DNA of 63,995 nucleotides, filler included, from Bigelowiella natans CCMP2755 (taxonomy: Eukaryota; Protista; Cercozoa): the NCBI GenBank assembly GCA_000320545.1. It is 6 parts of 6 records of this genome, joined end to end, with 100 filler letters (N's around TTAATTAATTAA, not from the genome) between each part and the next. Parts side by side here need not be neighbours in the genome. Positions count along the whole stretch, not along the records: positions 20,655 to 49,787 come from ADNK01003544.1; 5 more parts are not named here. One strand, 5' to 3'. Below the pieces are notes generated by a model. The model was given only the letters and a program-made list of their open reading frames with translations, ran no database searches and had not been told where the DNA came from. Positions 26,104-47,838 of the stretch are shown one piece after another (the first letter of the stretch is position 1; each line of letters opens with the position of its first letter). The position numbers were made by a program, and so were the translations under genes.

Positions 26104-27629
26104 CAGTAGCAGTTATTATAGTAAGTGGTGTATGCACGATGCATGGGCGACGACGACAACAATTTACATCACGATCTTTTCGGCAATTTTGTGCAGCAAC
26201 TTAATACAAAATAAAATGACTGAACATGCAGCAGGAAGCACTCATAATGTTTATATTTATCTGGTCCTCTCCCTCCTTTTAAATACGAATTGCAGCAAAC
26301 AAGTTGTTCCGGATATTATGAGTGCTTCTTCAGATTTGTTTGTTGATAGCAGTCTTCATGGCAAACGAAAGACAAACAATAGCTATACTATTAGAAGAAA
26401 TCAAATACTGCCGTTACAGCAAGAGCAGCAGCAGCAGCAACAACAGCAACAAGATATCGATAAAGAGAAGAAGCAGCTTACATCAGCAGCTGCAGCAGCA
26501 TATTATGTTACCAAGGGTCTTGACAAAGCAGCAGCAGCAGCAGCAGAAGCAGACCATGCTCTCTCTCTACCTGATGCTTCTATCATCGCCCCCCCTTCAG
26601 GGCCTGATGATGATCATGATGATGATGATGATTCGGCGACAAAGTTTACATTGAAACTCAAGTATTAATTATCATTTAATCCAAATTAAAAGACGTTCTA
26701 TGAGAGATGTCACAAAATGCACAATTCGATATATTACAATACAAATACGCACATATTCTTATATAAACTCTACCATAGCATAGATTCATCTATCCATTTT
26801 GTAGTAGCCAAACTTTTCACCCCCCATTTCCACGTTCTTTAAGAGGGGGGCAGGGGGGGTTAACTGAGATGGCCTTGAAGTATTTTACCACAAAAACCTC
26901 GAGGAGTTCATTTTTCTTGCTGGTGTGTGTTGTTATTATACGTTGAATACAGCGGCAAACGGTATCAGTTCACGGTAGGGTCTCTCATTAGGGCAGTTGG
27001 CCGTAGAGGATGGCAGCAAATCCAGAGAAGCATAGATGCTATAGCTGCTGTGAATCATAATCGAGTAACAGCGGAACGACAAGGGAAGATGGTGCAAGAT
27101 ATGATGGACCTATCAACCAGTGGAAAAAACAATCAACGTGCTAAAGTCTTATTATTTCATGCTGCATTTATAAGGTACTACCAGTAGCAGCAGCAGTAGT
27201 AGTACGGTGCCAGCATAATTCTTATCGTCACTTCATCATCATCATCGTCACCATAATCCTCAGGTCTTTGTCTCATCATCATAACCACTCAAGTATAGGT
27301 GGTGGTGGTTATAGTAGTGGTAATGGTTTAAATGCTACTGCTGCTGCTGCTTTGCTGCTGGCTTCGTCTTCGTTGTCGCAGCTATCGACGTCGCAAATTG
27401 ATAATGATTCCTCTTCGTTGGCAAATGATGAGTACTTTCAGAATTATGACTTTCGTCATCCTAATGATAATGACAACGAGGCTTCTCTGGCCTTGGATGG
27501 TAAGGGCAGTAGCAGCAGCAGCAGCAGCAGCAGCCACCCCATCATCGATTTAGTACCTGTGAAAGATAATACCAACATAAGAAGGAGAATGAGGAAGAGG
27601 AGGAGGAGGAGGAGGAGGCGCAGTATTGG

Positions 27630-27665
<36 letters not shown>

Positions 27666-29050
27666 CGATAACCTAGGCGTGAATGCTGCCTCGATGATGA
27701 TGAGACTTGGAGAAGAAGAAGGGTTAGACCCATCATCCAGAACAACCAAAGCGAAGGAAGAGGAAGAGGAGACGACGATGAAGAAAAAAGGTGAAAAGAA
27801 TGAAATTATAACGTGTGAACAGAAGAAAGGAAGCATAGCAGATCAGACCTCTCTCACATCAACCAAAGCAGCTTATAATGTTGTATCCTCATCATCATCA
27901 TCATCATCATTATCATCATCCTCATCATCCACTGCTCCTGCGGATACTACTACTACAACAACAACAACAACTACTACTACTACTACTCATCTATACGGTG
28001 ATGATCACGAAGGTGACGATGACGATAAGGAAAACTACTACAACAATCTACAGAATGAGAATGGAAGAGAGCAACGCTATCAGTACTACTTAAGTAGCAG
28101 CTTAGATGAAACCATTGCAAATTTGCTGCTATTAAACGACGACGATGAATCTGAATATGTGCAACCTGAGAAGGAAGGAGATGAGATAGAGAATCCTACC
28201 TCCTCCTCCTACTCTACTGATACGATAACTACTACGGCAGCAGTCATCGATGGAAAGAAGGGGAAGAGTTCTTATTTTCCCTTTCCTACGACTAAAAAAT
28301 ATCATTATATTTACAGTGGTAACAGTGAGTTTGAACAGTCGTCATTTGATAATAAAGTGAAGCTAGTAAACGGTGAAAACCACAGAGAATGGAATATTGC
28401 AGCAGCAACACGAGAAAGAGATGTAGGAAGAAGAAGAAGAAGAAGAAGAAGAAGAAGAAGAGCACAAGGAAACATCGGAGGCCTAAGCGTTCTAGAACAG
28501 CAGCAGCAGCAGCAGCAGAAGAAGAAGAGGGTAGCAGCAGCTCCTACAGAGACCACTGCTTTCTCTGATTTGAATGATGATGATGCTTCTACAGATACCA
28601 CTGCTTTCTTTGATATGAATGATGATGATGGTGACGATGATAGTTGGGATCAACACTATCAAGGTGGCCAACCAGTGAGAACAACAAAAAGGATGATGAT
28701 AAAGCTTGAGAAAAAAACCTCTTCTTCCAATGATGTTTCGAATAAACAACTCTTCTACACTGCATCATCTTCTGCATTCGTTCATGCTGCTTCTCCTCAA
28801 ACAACGGCTGGCGACGATGATGTTCTTGATGAAAACAGCAATGACGATAGTAGTGGTAGCAGCAGTAGCATAACCAAAAGGAGGAAGGAGGATGATGGTG
28901 TATACAAAGACGATGATGCAGCAGAAATGGTTGTGGAGGAGCTTCTTGGATTTGCTAGTCCATTGATAGAAAGATCGACATCACCAGCTTCACCACTACC
29001 ACCTAATAATAATAATAATGATTCACCGATTTCTCCATCTTCTTCTGCAG

Positions 29051-29082
<32 letters not shown>

Positions 29083-32000
29083 GCGGTAGATACAGAGAGT
29101 AATGGTGATAAAATAGAGAAAATGCAGCAACAAGAGAATAATAAAAGGGGTAGGAGGGAAACAACTGGTACAAGAAAGATAGTGGAGAAAAGACGTAATA
29201 AAGGAAAGAAAAAGAAAAATATGATGATTAACAAGTCTGAGAAAGACGACAGCGATGATGATGATGTCGAAGAGAAATATTTTCATAGAGGTGACGTAGT
29301 AGTTTCTCCTGCTTCTAGTGTACCTCCCCCCCCCCCCAATAGTAGTGCTAGTGTATACCATCTTAATGAGAAGGTTACCGCTGAATTATTGTTGGGTTTT
29401 GCTACTAGCCATGCCGCAGCAGAAGTGGAAGAAAATAATAATCATAATGATGATGATCATCGTCATAGTTTCTTCGGTGAGAACGACAACATAGCTGATG
29501 AATTACTTGGATTCACTGCTGCGACTGTGGCGACAGCAGCAAAGAGAGAAAATAGTACTGATGCCTCGTTGGCTTGTAGTGGGAACACGACTACCACCAC
29601 AACTACGATTACTTCTGCTGCTACTTCTGATGACGACATGAGCATTCCTTCGTACACTACCACCACAACTACGATTACTTCTGCTGCTATTTCTGATGAC
29701 GACATGAGCATTCCTTCGTACACTCTTTACGTTGCAGCTGCATTAGATGAGATCATAAAAGATCTTACCCAGGAAGAGGAGGAGCAGCAGCGGGTAGACG
29801 ATCAAATTATCAATGAGGAGGAGGAGGAGGAGGAGGAAGAGGAGGATTGCGGAGAAAACAACAACAACAACAACAGTCATCATGGGGGCGGCTGCTCTTC
29901 TTCAACGTCAAAAAACAATCACGATGATGAGAATAGTTCTGTAGTAGTAACACCGTCACCGAAAATGGACACTAGGAGGTCTGATGAGTCTGCTACGAAG
30001 CCATCGTCATCATTATCATCATCCCAACCACCAAGACATCATTTCAAAGAAGAATATGCTACAGCCACGGGAATCATCACGAAAGAAGATGGAGGGAAGG
30101 AGGAGGAGAAGAAGACGATGAAGAAAAAGAACATATCTCCACCGGCAATAAAAGATGAGAAGGGGAAAGGAGTCAAGACAACAATTTTATCATCATCCAC
30201 AACAGATAACGTAGAACAAAACCCAGATGATGATAAGGATCATGGTGATTATCCTTACCATATTCATCATCCTGGTCAGAGTAGCAGCAGTAGCAGCAGA
30301 AGCAGCAGCCTTGCAGCAGTAGATGACGATAGTGATGCTGCTGATGATGTAGATTCATCCATGGCACCATCCTCCTCATCATCCTACTCATTATTATCCT
30401 CCTCTTTAAAAGTAAAAGATAAAGAAGAAGAAGGACTCGAACAACAAGGAAAAGTGAAAAGATCACTGCTTGAAATGAGTATGGAAGATAATAAACAATA
30501 CATTGCAGATGGCCGACATCGAGACGAGAATAATATGGAGGAGCAAGAGGAGGAGGAGGAGGAGGAGGAGGAACAGGGGGGGCAAGAAGAGCATGAGCAA
30601 GAAGACGGAGTAGCTGTAGTAGTAGCAGAAAATACAACCATGGCTACTTCTTCTTCTTCTACTACTACAACTACTACCACATCATCCGCTAATGATACTG
30701 CTGCTGCTACTGCTGCTGTGATAAAGGTGGATAATGCTTACGAAAATGATCAAAATGTAGTTAAGGACGCACGAGCAGCTACCAAAGAAGTAGAAGAGCA
30801 CATTTCCACCACCACCGCCACCGCCGAAGCAGCAGCAGCAGCAGCAGAGCAAAAAGAAGGAGTAGTAAATCAAGATCAGAAGGAAAAATACGGCTATGAT
30901 GGGGTGCAGCACTTCGTTTTCTCTGATGGAGAAGACGATATTACTATCGAAGAAGAAGAGGAAAATAAAAAACAAGGAGAGGAAGGGTGGGCACATGAAT
31001 CGATAACAACAACGACGGCAATGAAAGCTGATCTGAGAGAAGATTCTTCTCCATATGATTATATTGACAATGTAGAAGCAGGTAGAGATGTTGATCGAGA
31101 GAAGAGTTGTTACAATAGTCTTAAACAATCCAACGATGGTGGTCAAGATGACGATGACGAAAGAGATACCTCCTATGCAGCAGCAGCAGCAGCTACTTCT
31201 TGTGACGCTGCTAATGAGCATGATGAAGAATACCCATTCGCAGAAACAGGAGAACTGTTGAAGAATGGGGACTTGATGGATCTAAAACCTCTTTTGAGCT
31301 CTATAGATGATGATGATGATGATGATGATGATAAGGATAATAAAGACGGTATGAATAATAAGAAGGATAATACCTTCTCTTCCTCCTCCTCCGCAGCAGA
31401 TACAAGAGTGCAATATCACAATGATCGAGAGATGGAAAGGCAATTAAAGAGGCAACGACGGTAAATATTAAGACTAAATTTTAATGAATGATCAGAACAG
31501 AATTGATTATGTATAATTGAGTCACTCGTTGATGCATTGATAATTACTGTTTGTCGTCATCGTTGTCGTCGTTATCGTCATGTAACCAAACAGCAGACTT
31601 AAGATGGAGCGTCAGTGGGAATGGATTCAATATCGTGAAATACTGAAGCAGCAAAAACTACGAGGAGAAGCAAGTGATAAATTTGACCTCAACAGTACTG
31701 CCTCAGAGCAAAGAAATGAAGACGGTGTTGATGATGATGATCTCCATGATTATCTTCTTCTCAAAGGAGGATACGAAGAATATGAGAAACAGTGGGAAAG
31801 GAAAGAAAAGGAGTTAAAAGAAGAAATGAAACGACAATCAGAATTAATAATGGGACACACTCATGATCATGATCATAATCTTCATCGTCATGATCATCAT
31901 GAGAATCATCACCAAGATCCATTGCTGGATCATTCTTCACATGAGTCTACTTCATCACAGCAGCAGGAGGAGGAGGAGGAGGAACAGAAAAGTGGTATTG

Positions 32001-32734
32001 AAAAAGATGATGACGACGACAACAGAGAAAGAGTTAGCAAGCTCATATTGAATCGAATGCTATCTGCCCATCATGAGTTTGAGAAGCAGAGAGCATTAGA
32101 CATGCAAAGATTAGAGGCAAAAGCGCTCATCAAAGAGGTCAGGGGAGAACATATGGATAACAAGGCAGCGGAGGAAGAGGGAGAAGAAAAAGGAATTGGA
32201 GGAGGACAAGGGAGAGAAATCGCCTCGATTGCGACGCGACAAGATAAGTTGAGAGGAGAACGAAACAGTGGACAACAACGAGAGGAAGAATCTTCAAGAC
32301 AGCTACCTGGACATGATAATGATTATGATGTAAATCATGATGACAATAGCATTGAAAATCACAATGTTTCACAATCTTCAGCACCAGTAGCAGCAGCAGC
32401 AGCAGCAGATCCGCAAGTTGGAGAATTATCATCATCATTGTCCTCCTCATCCGCCAGTAGCTCAGTAGATCCTATGCGATTTTCGCTATCCTTTGCTGCT
32501 GCACATTACGGACAGAAGGATGCCTTCAGAGAAGCTATATCTGCCGACAAAGCTCACCAGGATTTAAAAAGAAGGTTGGAAGATGTCAAGAATTTAGGAC
32601 CAGGCCCGCCTATAATTGAAGCAATAATACCAGAAAGAAGCTTGATTTCTTCCCTTTTCTCTAAAATTGATAAAGGATTTCAACGTTTCAAAATTGGAAT
32701 TCAGCGAGGTGCTACTAATACTTCGACAGATTAA
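25170..32734 (+). CDS. Very large low-complexity, probably disordered acidic protein (about 2000 aa; 5' exons uncertain)
   Basis: The 4.2-kb open exon (about 27264-31460) joins 31596-32734 in frame via GT at 31461. Upstream exons near 26296-26661 and 26953-27174 also splice in frame. Poly-S/T/Q/D/E/R tracts are encoded by trinucleotide repeats. The start codon is a guess. Confidence 0.7.
29590..29721 (+). repeat. In-frame 66-bp tandem duplication within CDS
   Basis: Encodes [11 protein letters not shown](T/I)SDDDMSIPSY twice. Confidence 0.9.
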
Positions 32735-35080
32735 TCGCTAGATGGAACAAACTAAGATGAAGCACATCAACCACACTGCTCCTGAATTTATATATAGCAT
32801 GCAAAAATAAAATAAAATGAATATTATGTTAAAAAAAAGCTGGTGAGAATGAAAATTTTGTATATGATCGGTAATGATATTCTTTCTGGTGCTGGGATAT
32901 AGATAGAATAAGGAGTAGGATAATGCAAGACAACAATTTTGTATATTGCTTCACCAACGTCTCAGATGAATGCTTTCTTCACAGAAGCTGAGAAGCTTGC
33001 CCAACATCGCTGATGCATCTATTATTTCACTTTGAATGAATCTACTCACATGCGGGTCGTGTTGAGCGAGAAGTTCAAATTATTACAGTTTGAAAATGGA
33101 AAAAATGGGCATGGCTGAGCTTCAGCATGTAGTGATTCTAACGTGCAGAATTTGTCGCTACGATTGCGTCACAATGATGGACACAGCAATACGCATCTTA
33201 AATCTGCAACACATGCTAGCATGGTGCACACACACAATGATCCATCGCTGTGCGTCATGCATCAATTTGTCAGTGCAGCATGAACTAGCTTCATGTTAAG
33301 CACACAGCACACATGATGTTGCATGTGTGAAACAAAACCCATCATGCAAGCCATGGCAGCACTAGCACTGAGTCAGCATGCGCTAGCATGCACACCATGA
33401 ACAACATGCATGCATGAGATGTGGACATCGACATGGCACATCTAACGGCACTTTGCGATCATCACGCTTACTGCATGGCTTGCAAAACATTGTGGTCATT
33501 CCAGTTTGTCTTTCCGCTCACACGCTCTGATGATGTGCACGCTCAACGCATGGACAGATGAACAGTGCCTGAAATGTGGCGCATGCACAGCGGATGTTTC
33601 GATCTCATTTCCAAATTCATGTGCGTCTCTGCATTCATGTGTCACATGCATGCATGCTGGCATGTAGCAGCTGCTACTACACTAGCCAGCTAGCAACAGA
33701 AAGCAAATGCATTGTGGGATTGTTGCTGTGACCGCAGTGTCTACATCACTAGAACCAGAGATCACTAGACCGCTAGACCAGCCATGCTAGCATGCATGCG
33801 CTTGTCACAAATTGCAAGATCCAGCTAGCTAGAGGCGACGTGCAGTGCGAAATGTCGTCATGCACACATGCCGCGCACCGTCATTGTTCATGCACATCCC
33901 TAGACCTCTCTGGCTCAGACTACAGTGATGGGCTGGGTTGGCAAATGCGTTGCAATTTTGCAGTGGCGCGTGCAATTGCATTGCTGCTGTGCTAGTACCA
34001 GCATGCGGCCACACGCAGCATGACGAACACATCGCACTAGCGCAGTTGGTCATGCATGCTAGCATGCACTGTTGAACTGTTGAATTGTCTAGCTGTGTTC
34101 TGATCACGTTAAATTACTCTCTGGACTCTAGCACTTGATGATGAAGGGCCAACATCGGGGTCCCATGCTAGCATGCGAATCATGATGGGATTGCTAGATT
34201 GCGCATGCCTTTCAAAAAAATCTTTCGACGAGCAATTCGAAGCCCAAGCAATGATGATGCGTGATCGATTTGTTGAAGTTGCGCAAGCGCACTGCAAAAA
34301 AAATTCACTAGCTAGCTAGTTCAATCTCAGTTCATTGTGCAGCGCCATGAAATTCAAATGAACAATGTTCGTTCATTTCAATTACGTAGCAGCAGTTTTG
34401 TGAAGGCGTCAGTGTGACCATGACCACGCCGCTTCATTTGGAATGCATATTTAGAAGCATCGGTCAGTCAATCATTTTGGATGCAACGAGGTGGCTGTTG
34501 TTTGGACATCTGCATGCATGCGCAAATTTCTTATTCAATGCCCACCGCGCCCGAATGACGTGAAAGCAAGGTTTGGGATGGTACTGATACGCTTCACTGT
34601 CATGCCACACGTATTACTTCTCAAGCTGGGCGGATCGTGCTAGTATGGCATGATGAAAAATGCTCTATTACGTGCATGCATGAGACTTTTATAATGCGCC
34701 CAACTAGCCAATGATGAGGATCAACTATGGATAACATGTGGACAACTTATAGCCACCAGTACTGATGATTGAGGACGCTAAACGCCAAATATATAACTAA
34801 AAGAGCGTACTTGGTAATATTCACATGACACTAATTCTTCATGGCTTACCGATCCATCATAATGCCGTATTATTGACGACATAGAGATAATAGCTACTAT
34901 TCAGATTTCATTGCTAGTCCAGCCTATCAAAGATTAACGTCAATTTAATATCACAACAATTTTAGATGTAAGTAATATCCAAGATCAATTAACAATAATC
35001 TTCAGACATCCTGCAGGCAGGCATGCACAAAAGATGGCGTCGACGATGACGGGGGCAACAACGTATTCCAAACATAGGCG

Positions 35081-43356
<8,276 letters not shown>

Positions 43357-43953
43357 GCTGCTTTCAACTTTGTATGATCTTTAACTGTCTGTGTATTTCA
43401 AGGTGAGTATTAGTCGACTGGGGTTAAAAGGCAATGCTATGCTAATACCGAGTGAATTTGATAAGTCCAAAGTATAGCTCCAGCCTCAGTCTCCGGCTTC
43501 AGCCCTCTCAAGGGATCTTCCTGTGTTCTTTTTAAGTTGCCCTTTCGATTGTTTAATCCTTAGTGAAAGAAGGATCGTTGGTTCCCTACCGAAAGGGAAT
43601 TAGAGCTATGGTGTGAGTGAGCTGCAAAGGCTTTAAGGTCAGGACTGGAAAACGAGCCGTAATGCGTTAAAGGTTCGGCATTTTTATCCAAAATAATGTA
43701 AATTTTTATTGTCGTACATATAAAATACAACGGGGCAGTCACGCTTCAAGTTGAGCTCATTCGCTTCAGTTCAGACAAATCGATTGTAAAGTCACTGGAA
43801 AAGAAAATAGATCATATTTCTTAATTACGACTTCAAAGTTTTGCCGAATATGCCTAACTCGTGTTCTTTTTCGGATATGTGGTACTGATTCGTTCAGCAT
43901 TGTCTTTTGGTAAGAGTGCACAAGTTCTCCTTCTTTTCAAAATTGAGACAATC

Positions 43954-46713
43954 ATGAAACTGTTGCCAAATCGACAAAACTTTGGAACACGAGGAAGATA
44001 TTCCGTGAGTGAATTTTTCCTCAGCAAGCCATCATTGTCGTAGCATAAATATGGCCTACATTCATGGTGACAGTCATCGGAAGCGATTGGGAAGGGAGCA
44101 CAGATGTGGTGGGTGGTGTTGGAGTAAGCCATTTGATTTTAGGCAAGTTGGTATAGGCAAACAGCACCACTTACGAACTAGTCTTCTCATTAAGGCAGCA
44201 TGAAGAGCTCAATGTTTTCCAATACCAAGCAGCTATTTAGAAAGATGTCAGTAATAGAGCTTGCCTCCAGATATGCCTTGGTAAAATTGTCTTCCTTCTC
44301 TGGCTTCGTGTCGAAGGGTAACACGATTACTTCAACTGTGCATTTTCTATCTTCAATCACTAAGTACTATGATTTTGTAGTTCGAAGCCTAACGAACGCA
44401 GCCATTGCTAATCAGAGGTCGCATATGCTCAAGTGGATTACAATTAATTCTAGTTGTAGCTATTGCCACCATTCTTAACTGGTTGCTGAGATTGTTGTTT
44501 ACACCAACCATGACTTAAATTGTAGGACTTCTCACCAGTCAGCATTCGGAATTTTTCCTTCTCAGAGCTATATTTCTCTAATGAAATCCACGATATTCAA
44601 GTTGTATGTTGCGGGTGAGAGGATTGAAGATTGCCTCGAGGTAAGAAAGAGTGCTACAAACGATGACATTTTGGCTTGATCATCGCGTATACAATGAGCA
44701 CCTCCCTTCTGTCAACGATGTGCAGATATGAATGCAAGTTTTCCACAACCCCCACCACACCTACTTCTTCTCTGCCTCCACCACACACCTAATAATTCAT
44801 CCACGTCAACTAACAAATACTCATTCGTAATCATCTACAATATACAACAGACCCATGACAAAATATCTGCCTTCAATATGCGTATGATTATTGATCATTC
44901 CACGGAAGAAAAGACTAGTTCATGCGCTTGGGAAGACAACGTGAAAGCCAAAACAAAGCTCCTCGATAGAATTCCATCCCTTTTTCATCATCGTTCTTCA
45001 TCTTCTCCGAGTACTGGCACTACTAATGGAGAGCAAAAAGAGTCTCTTCTCATACCACTCTTTGTACCCATAAAGATCACTAGTCTGTTTTCTCCTGAAC
45101 TCTTGGAAATTCTCAGTGCAACAATCATCAAGGTTGAGGAGGAGGATCTTCCTCATCACCAAAGTGAATCTTATTTCAAAAAAAAAATGACCAAAGAAGA
45201 AAAGGACACGTATGAGCAAGGAATGATGAACCTGGAGAGAGTTTGTCTGGCTGCCAAGAAGAATGGCCTCTCGATCTTGCTAGATGCAGAGCAATCACAT
45301 CGGCAACCAGCTATTGATTTTATAAGCAGAATCCTTATGGCAAGATTATGCGGAGGAGGAGGAGAAAAGGACGAGACCGCACGGCTGCTCTCTCATAGGC
45401 CGCCTCTCATATATAACACTTATCAAATGTACCTGAAAGGATCCTATGAGAGACTCAGGCTCGACATTGAAAAGGGGAAAGAGAACAACTACCCAGTTGG
45501 CATTAAATTGGTCAGAGGGGCATACATGGTGATCATTAATAACAAGAATCAACGAAGAGAATAATCAGAAGTAATGAGACGTAGAGATAATAACCATCAT
45601 CATCATCATCATTATTATCATCATTATTCCTTATCTCATCAATAGCTACTATCCATCTAGGTCAATGAATCAGAGCGAGCACTCGAGAAATCATGCGAGA
45701 ACCCAATCATGCCCTCAAAGCAGGACACAGATGAGCAGTATAACAAGGCTCTCAGCATGATACTGGGATCCATTTCTGAAAACAAGTGTGATGTTTCTGT
45801 GCTGATAGCCACGCATAATAGAGAGGTAGTAAAGCTGATTTACGCTATGCACAAATAATAATAATATTAATAGCAACAACAACCAACCACCAACAACAGA
45901 AATGGTCGTCATCATCACGGTTGTTTTATTTTCGTTTATCAGTCAATTATAAAAGCGACAGAACTCATGAAGAAAAACGGTTTATTGCCGAATGATCCCA
46001 GGATACATTTCGCTCAGGTAGGTAGGTAGGTAGGTAGGTAGGTAGGTAATAATCATTGAGATGGTGATTATAAGAACAAAGGTAACTTAAATCTGATGTA
46101 CATCACCATATTGTCATTTATAAAACATTATTCCCTCCCTCTCTCTCTCTCTCTCTCTCTCTATCCTTTCTTCCTTTACATAAAGATTATGGGGTTGTGC
46201 GACAACCTTGGACACTGTCTGGGGGACCAAGGTTACAACGCTCATAAGCTGGTAGAAAATCTATTCGTAATGACATGATAAACTAAATAAGCACTAGGTA
46301 GCAGCGACAAGATAATAGAGGAGTTATTCTTGGACTATTAATAGTCCGGTTCCACTATGATAGATAGTAATCCTTTTCCCCTTATCGTATTAGCTACTTA
46401 AACCATTTACTACTTCTTCTCATTTAACTACTGATTTTGTTGCACTTGAAAACATCGTGTTCTTCAATGATTCAAAGGTGCTTTTCGGTGATTTCTCCGA
46501 GGTTTTTCCTTGGTTGTTGAGGAGGTTGGATGAAAATCAAGATGTAATGGGAGCCACAGTAAGTATTAGCCAAAAGAATTAAGTAAGATTGTAACTTTTG
46601 TTCATGAATTGGCTTGTAATAGTTGTTTACTATCTTTTGCGAAATAGATTGCAGAAGCAGGTCTTCTGAAAAAGGAGCTATGGAGGAGATTTACCGCAAG
46701 CAGTATTCCGTAA
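43954..46713 (+). CDS. PRODH: Proline dehydrogenase (PRODH family), mitochondrial
   Basis: LLDAEQSHRQPAID, IYNTYQMYLK, GIKLVRGAYM, LIATHNRES, FAQIMGLCD and LLRRLDEN. Start codon is inferred. Confidence 0.9.
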
Positions 46714-47838
46714 TAGGCAATTATGTCTCGGGCATGGAATCTACCAGCATTTTTATCTGATCGGGAGTAGTAATCACAAGACGCATCATTATGCGATTTC
46801 ATCCAAAAAGCAGGCCCTACTCGGAACCAACATAAAAGATGCGTGTGCATTGTGTTATGATAGGTAGATATACCACCGTTGGTAAACTACCACAATGCCA
46901 GATAAGTAATAATATATGGGTCACCATTTACAATGGTATTGAATGTTGTGTATATGAATGATCGCTCATGCAGCCATCTAGCCATAAAATGTCAGTCACC
47001 AGAGCGCCAGCGCTACATCTAGCCTATATGCCATCCCTCACACAGCTCATGGGAAATCACTAGTGTATTTACGCGTGCATTTATTAGCATGATCATACAG
47101 ACTCCATGCACCACAAAGCACTCTAGCACTGTCATGTGATAAACCCATGCGCTACGTTCGATTCAAGATTAGCGCTGTAGCCGCTGCATTGCACAGCTAC
47201 GTACATCTAGACATGAGGATGATGACCATTGAACAAATTTGATTAGTTCATTACACCCGTCTTACGTACATGCTGACATGCTATGCTGGCCGCGCTCTTT
47301 ACCTTTCCATCTATGTACCCTGCAATAAAACCGTATAACCGTAGACGCACTGTGTATACATTCTAGCATTGCGAGATATCGACGACAGGATGTTGATGCT
47401 TTCAAATGTATGAAACACATAATAGCTGAGACAAATAGATGCAACATGCTAGCTAGCTAGCATTAGGGTTAGCTACATTAGGATGACCATTGAAACGATA
47501 TAATCACTTCATTACATCCGTCTCACCGTGTACTTTGTATGGACTTCGTATACATTGTACACTGCTGTTTATTGCACAGACACTATGTACTATTGTAGAC
47601 TATATCTATTGCTTGATGGTTCCGGTGTCAAATTCTATTGAACATCTATGCATTCTGTGTATTCCACCATATCAGTCGGAAACAAAAAGACTGAAGATGT
47701 CTATACACGCACATTCAAGAGGATTACCATGTTTTCGGTTTTTTTTGGCGGTGTTAACGTTCAATCTGTTATTCATGTAATTCTCATCGTCTCATAACTC
47801 TGACAATTATCTTGAAACAAATCATCTTTTGAATTGAG

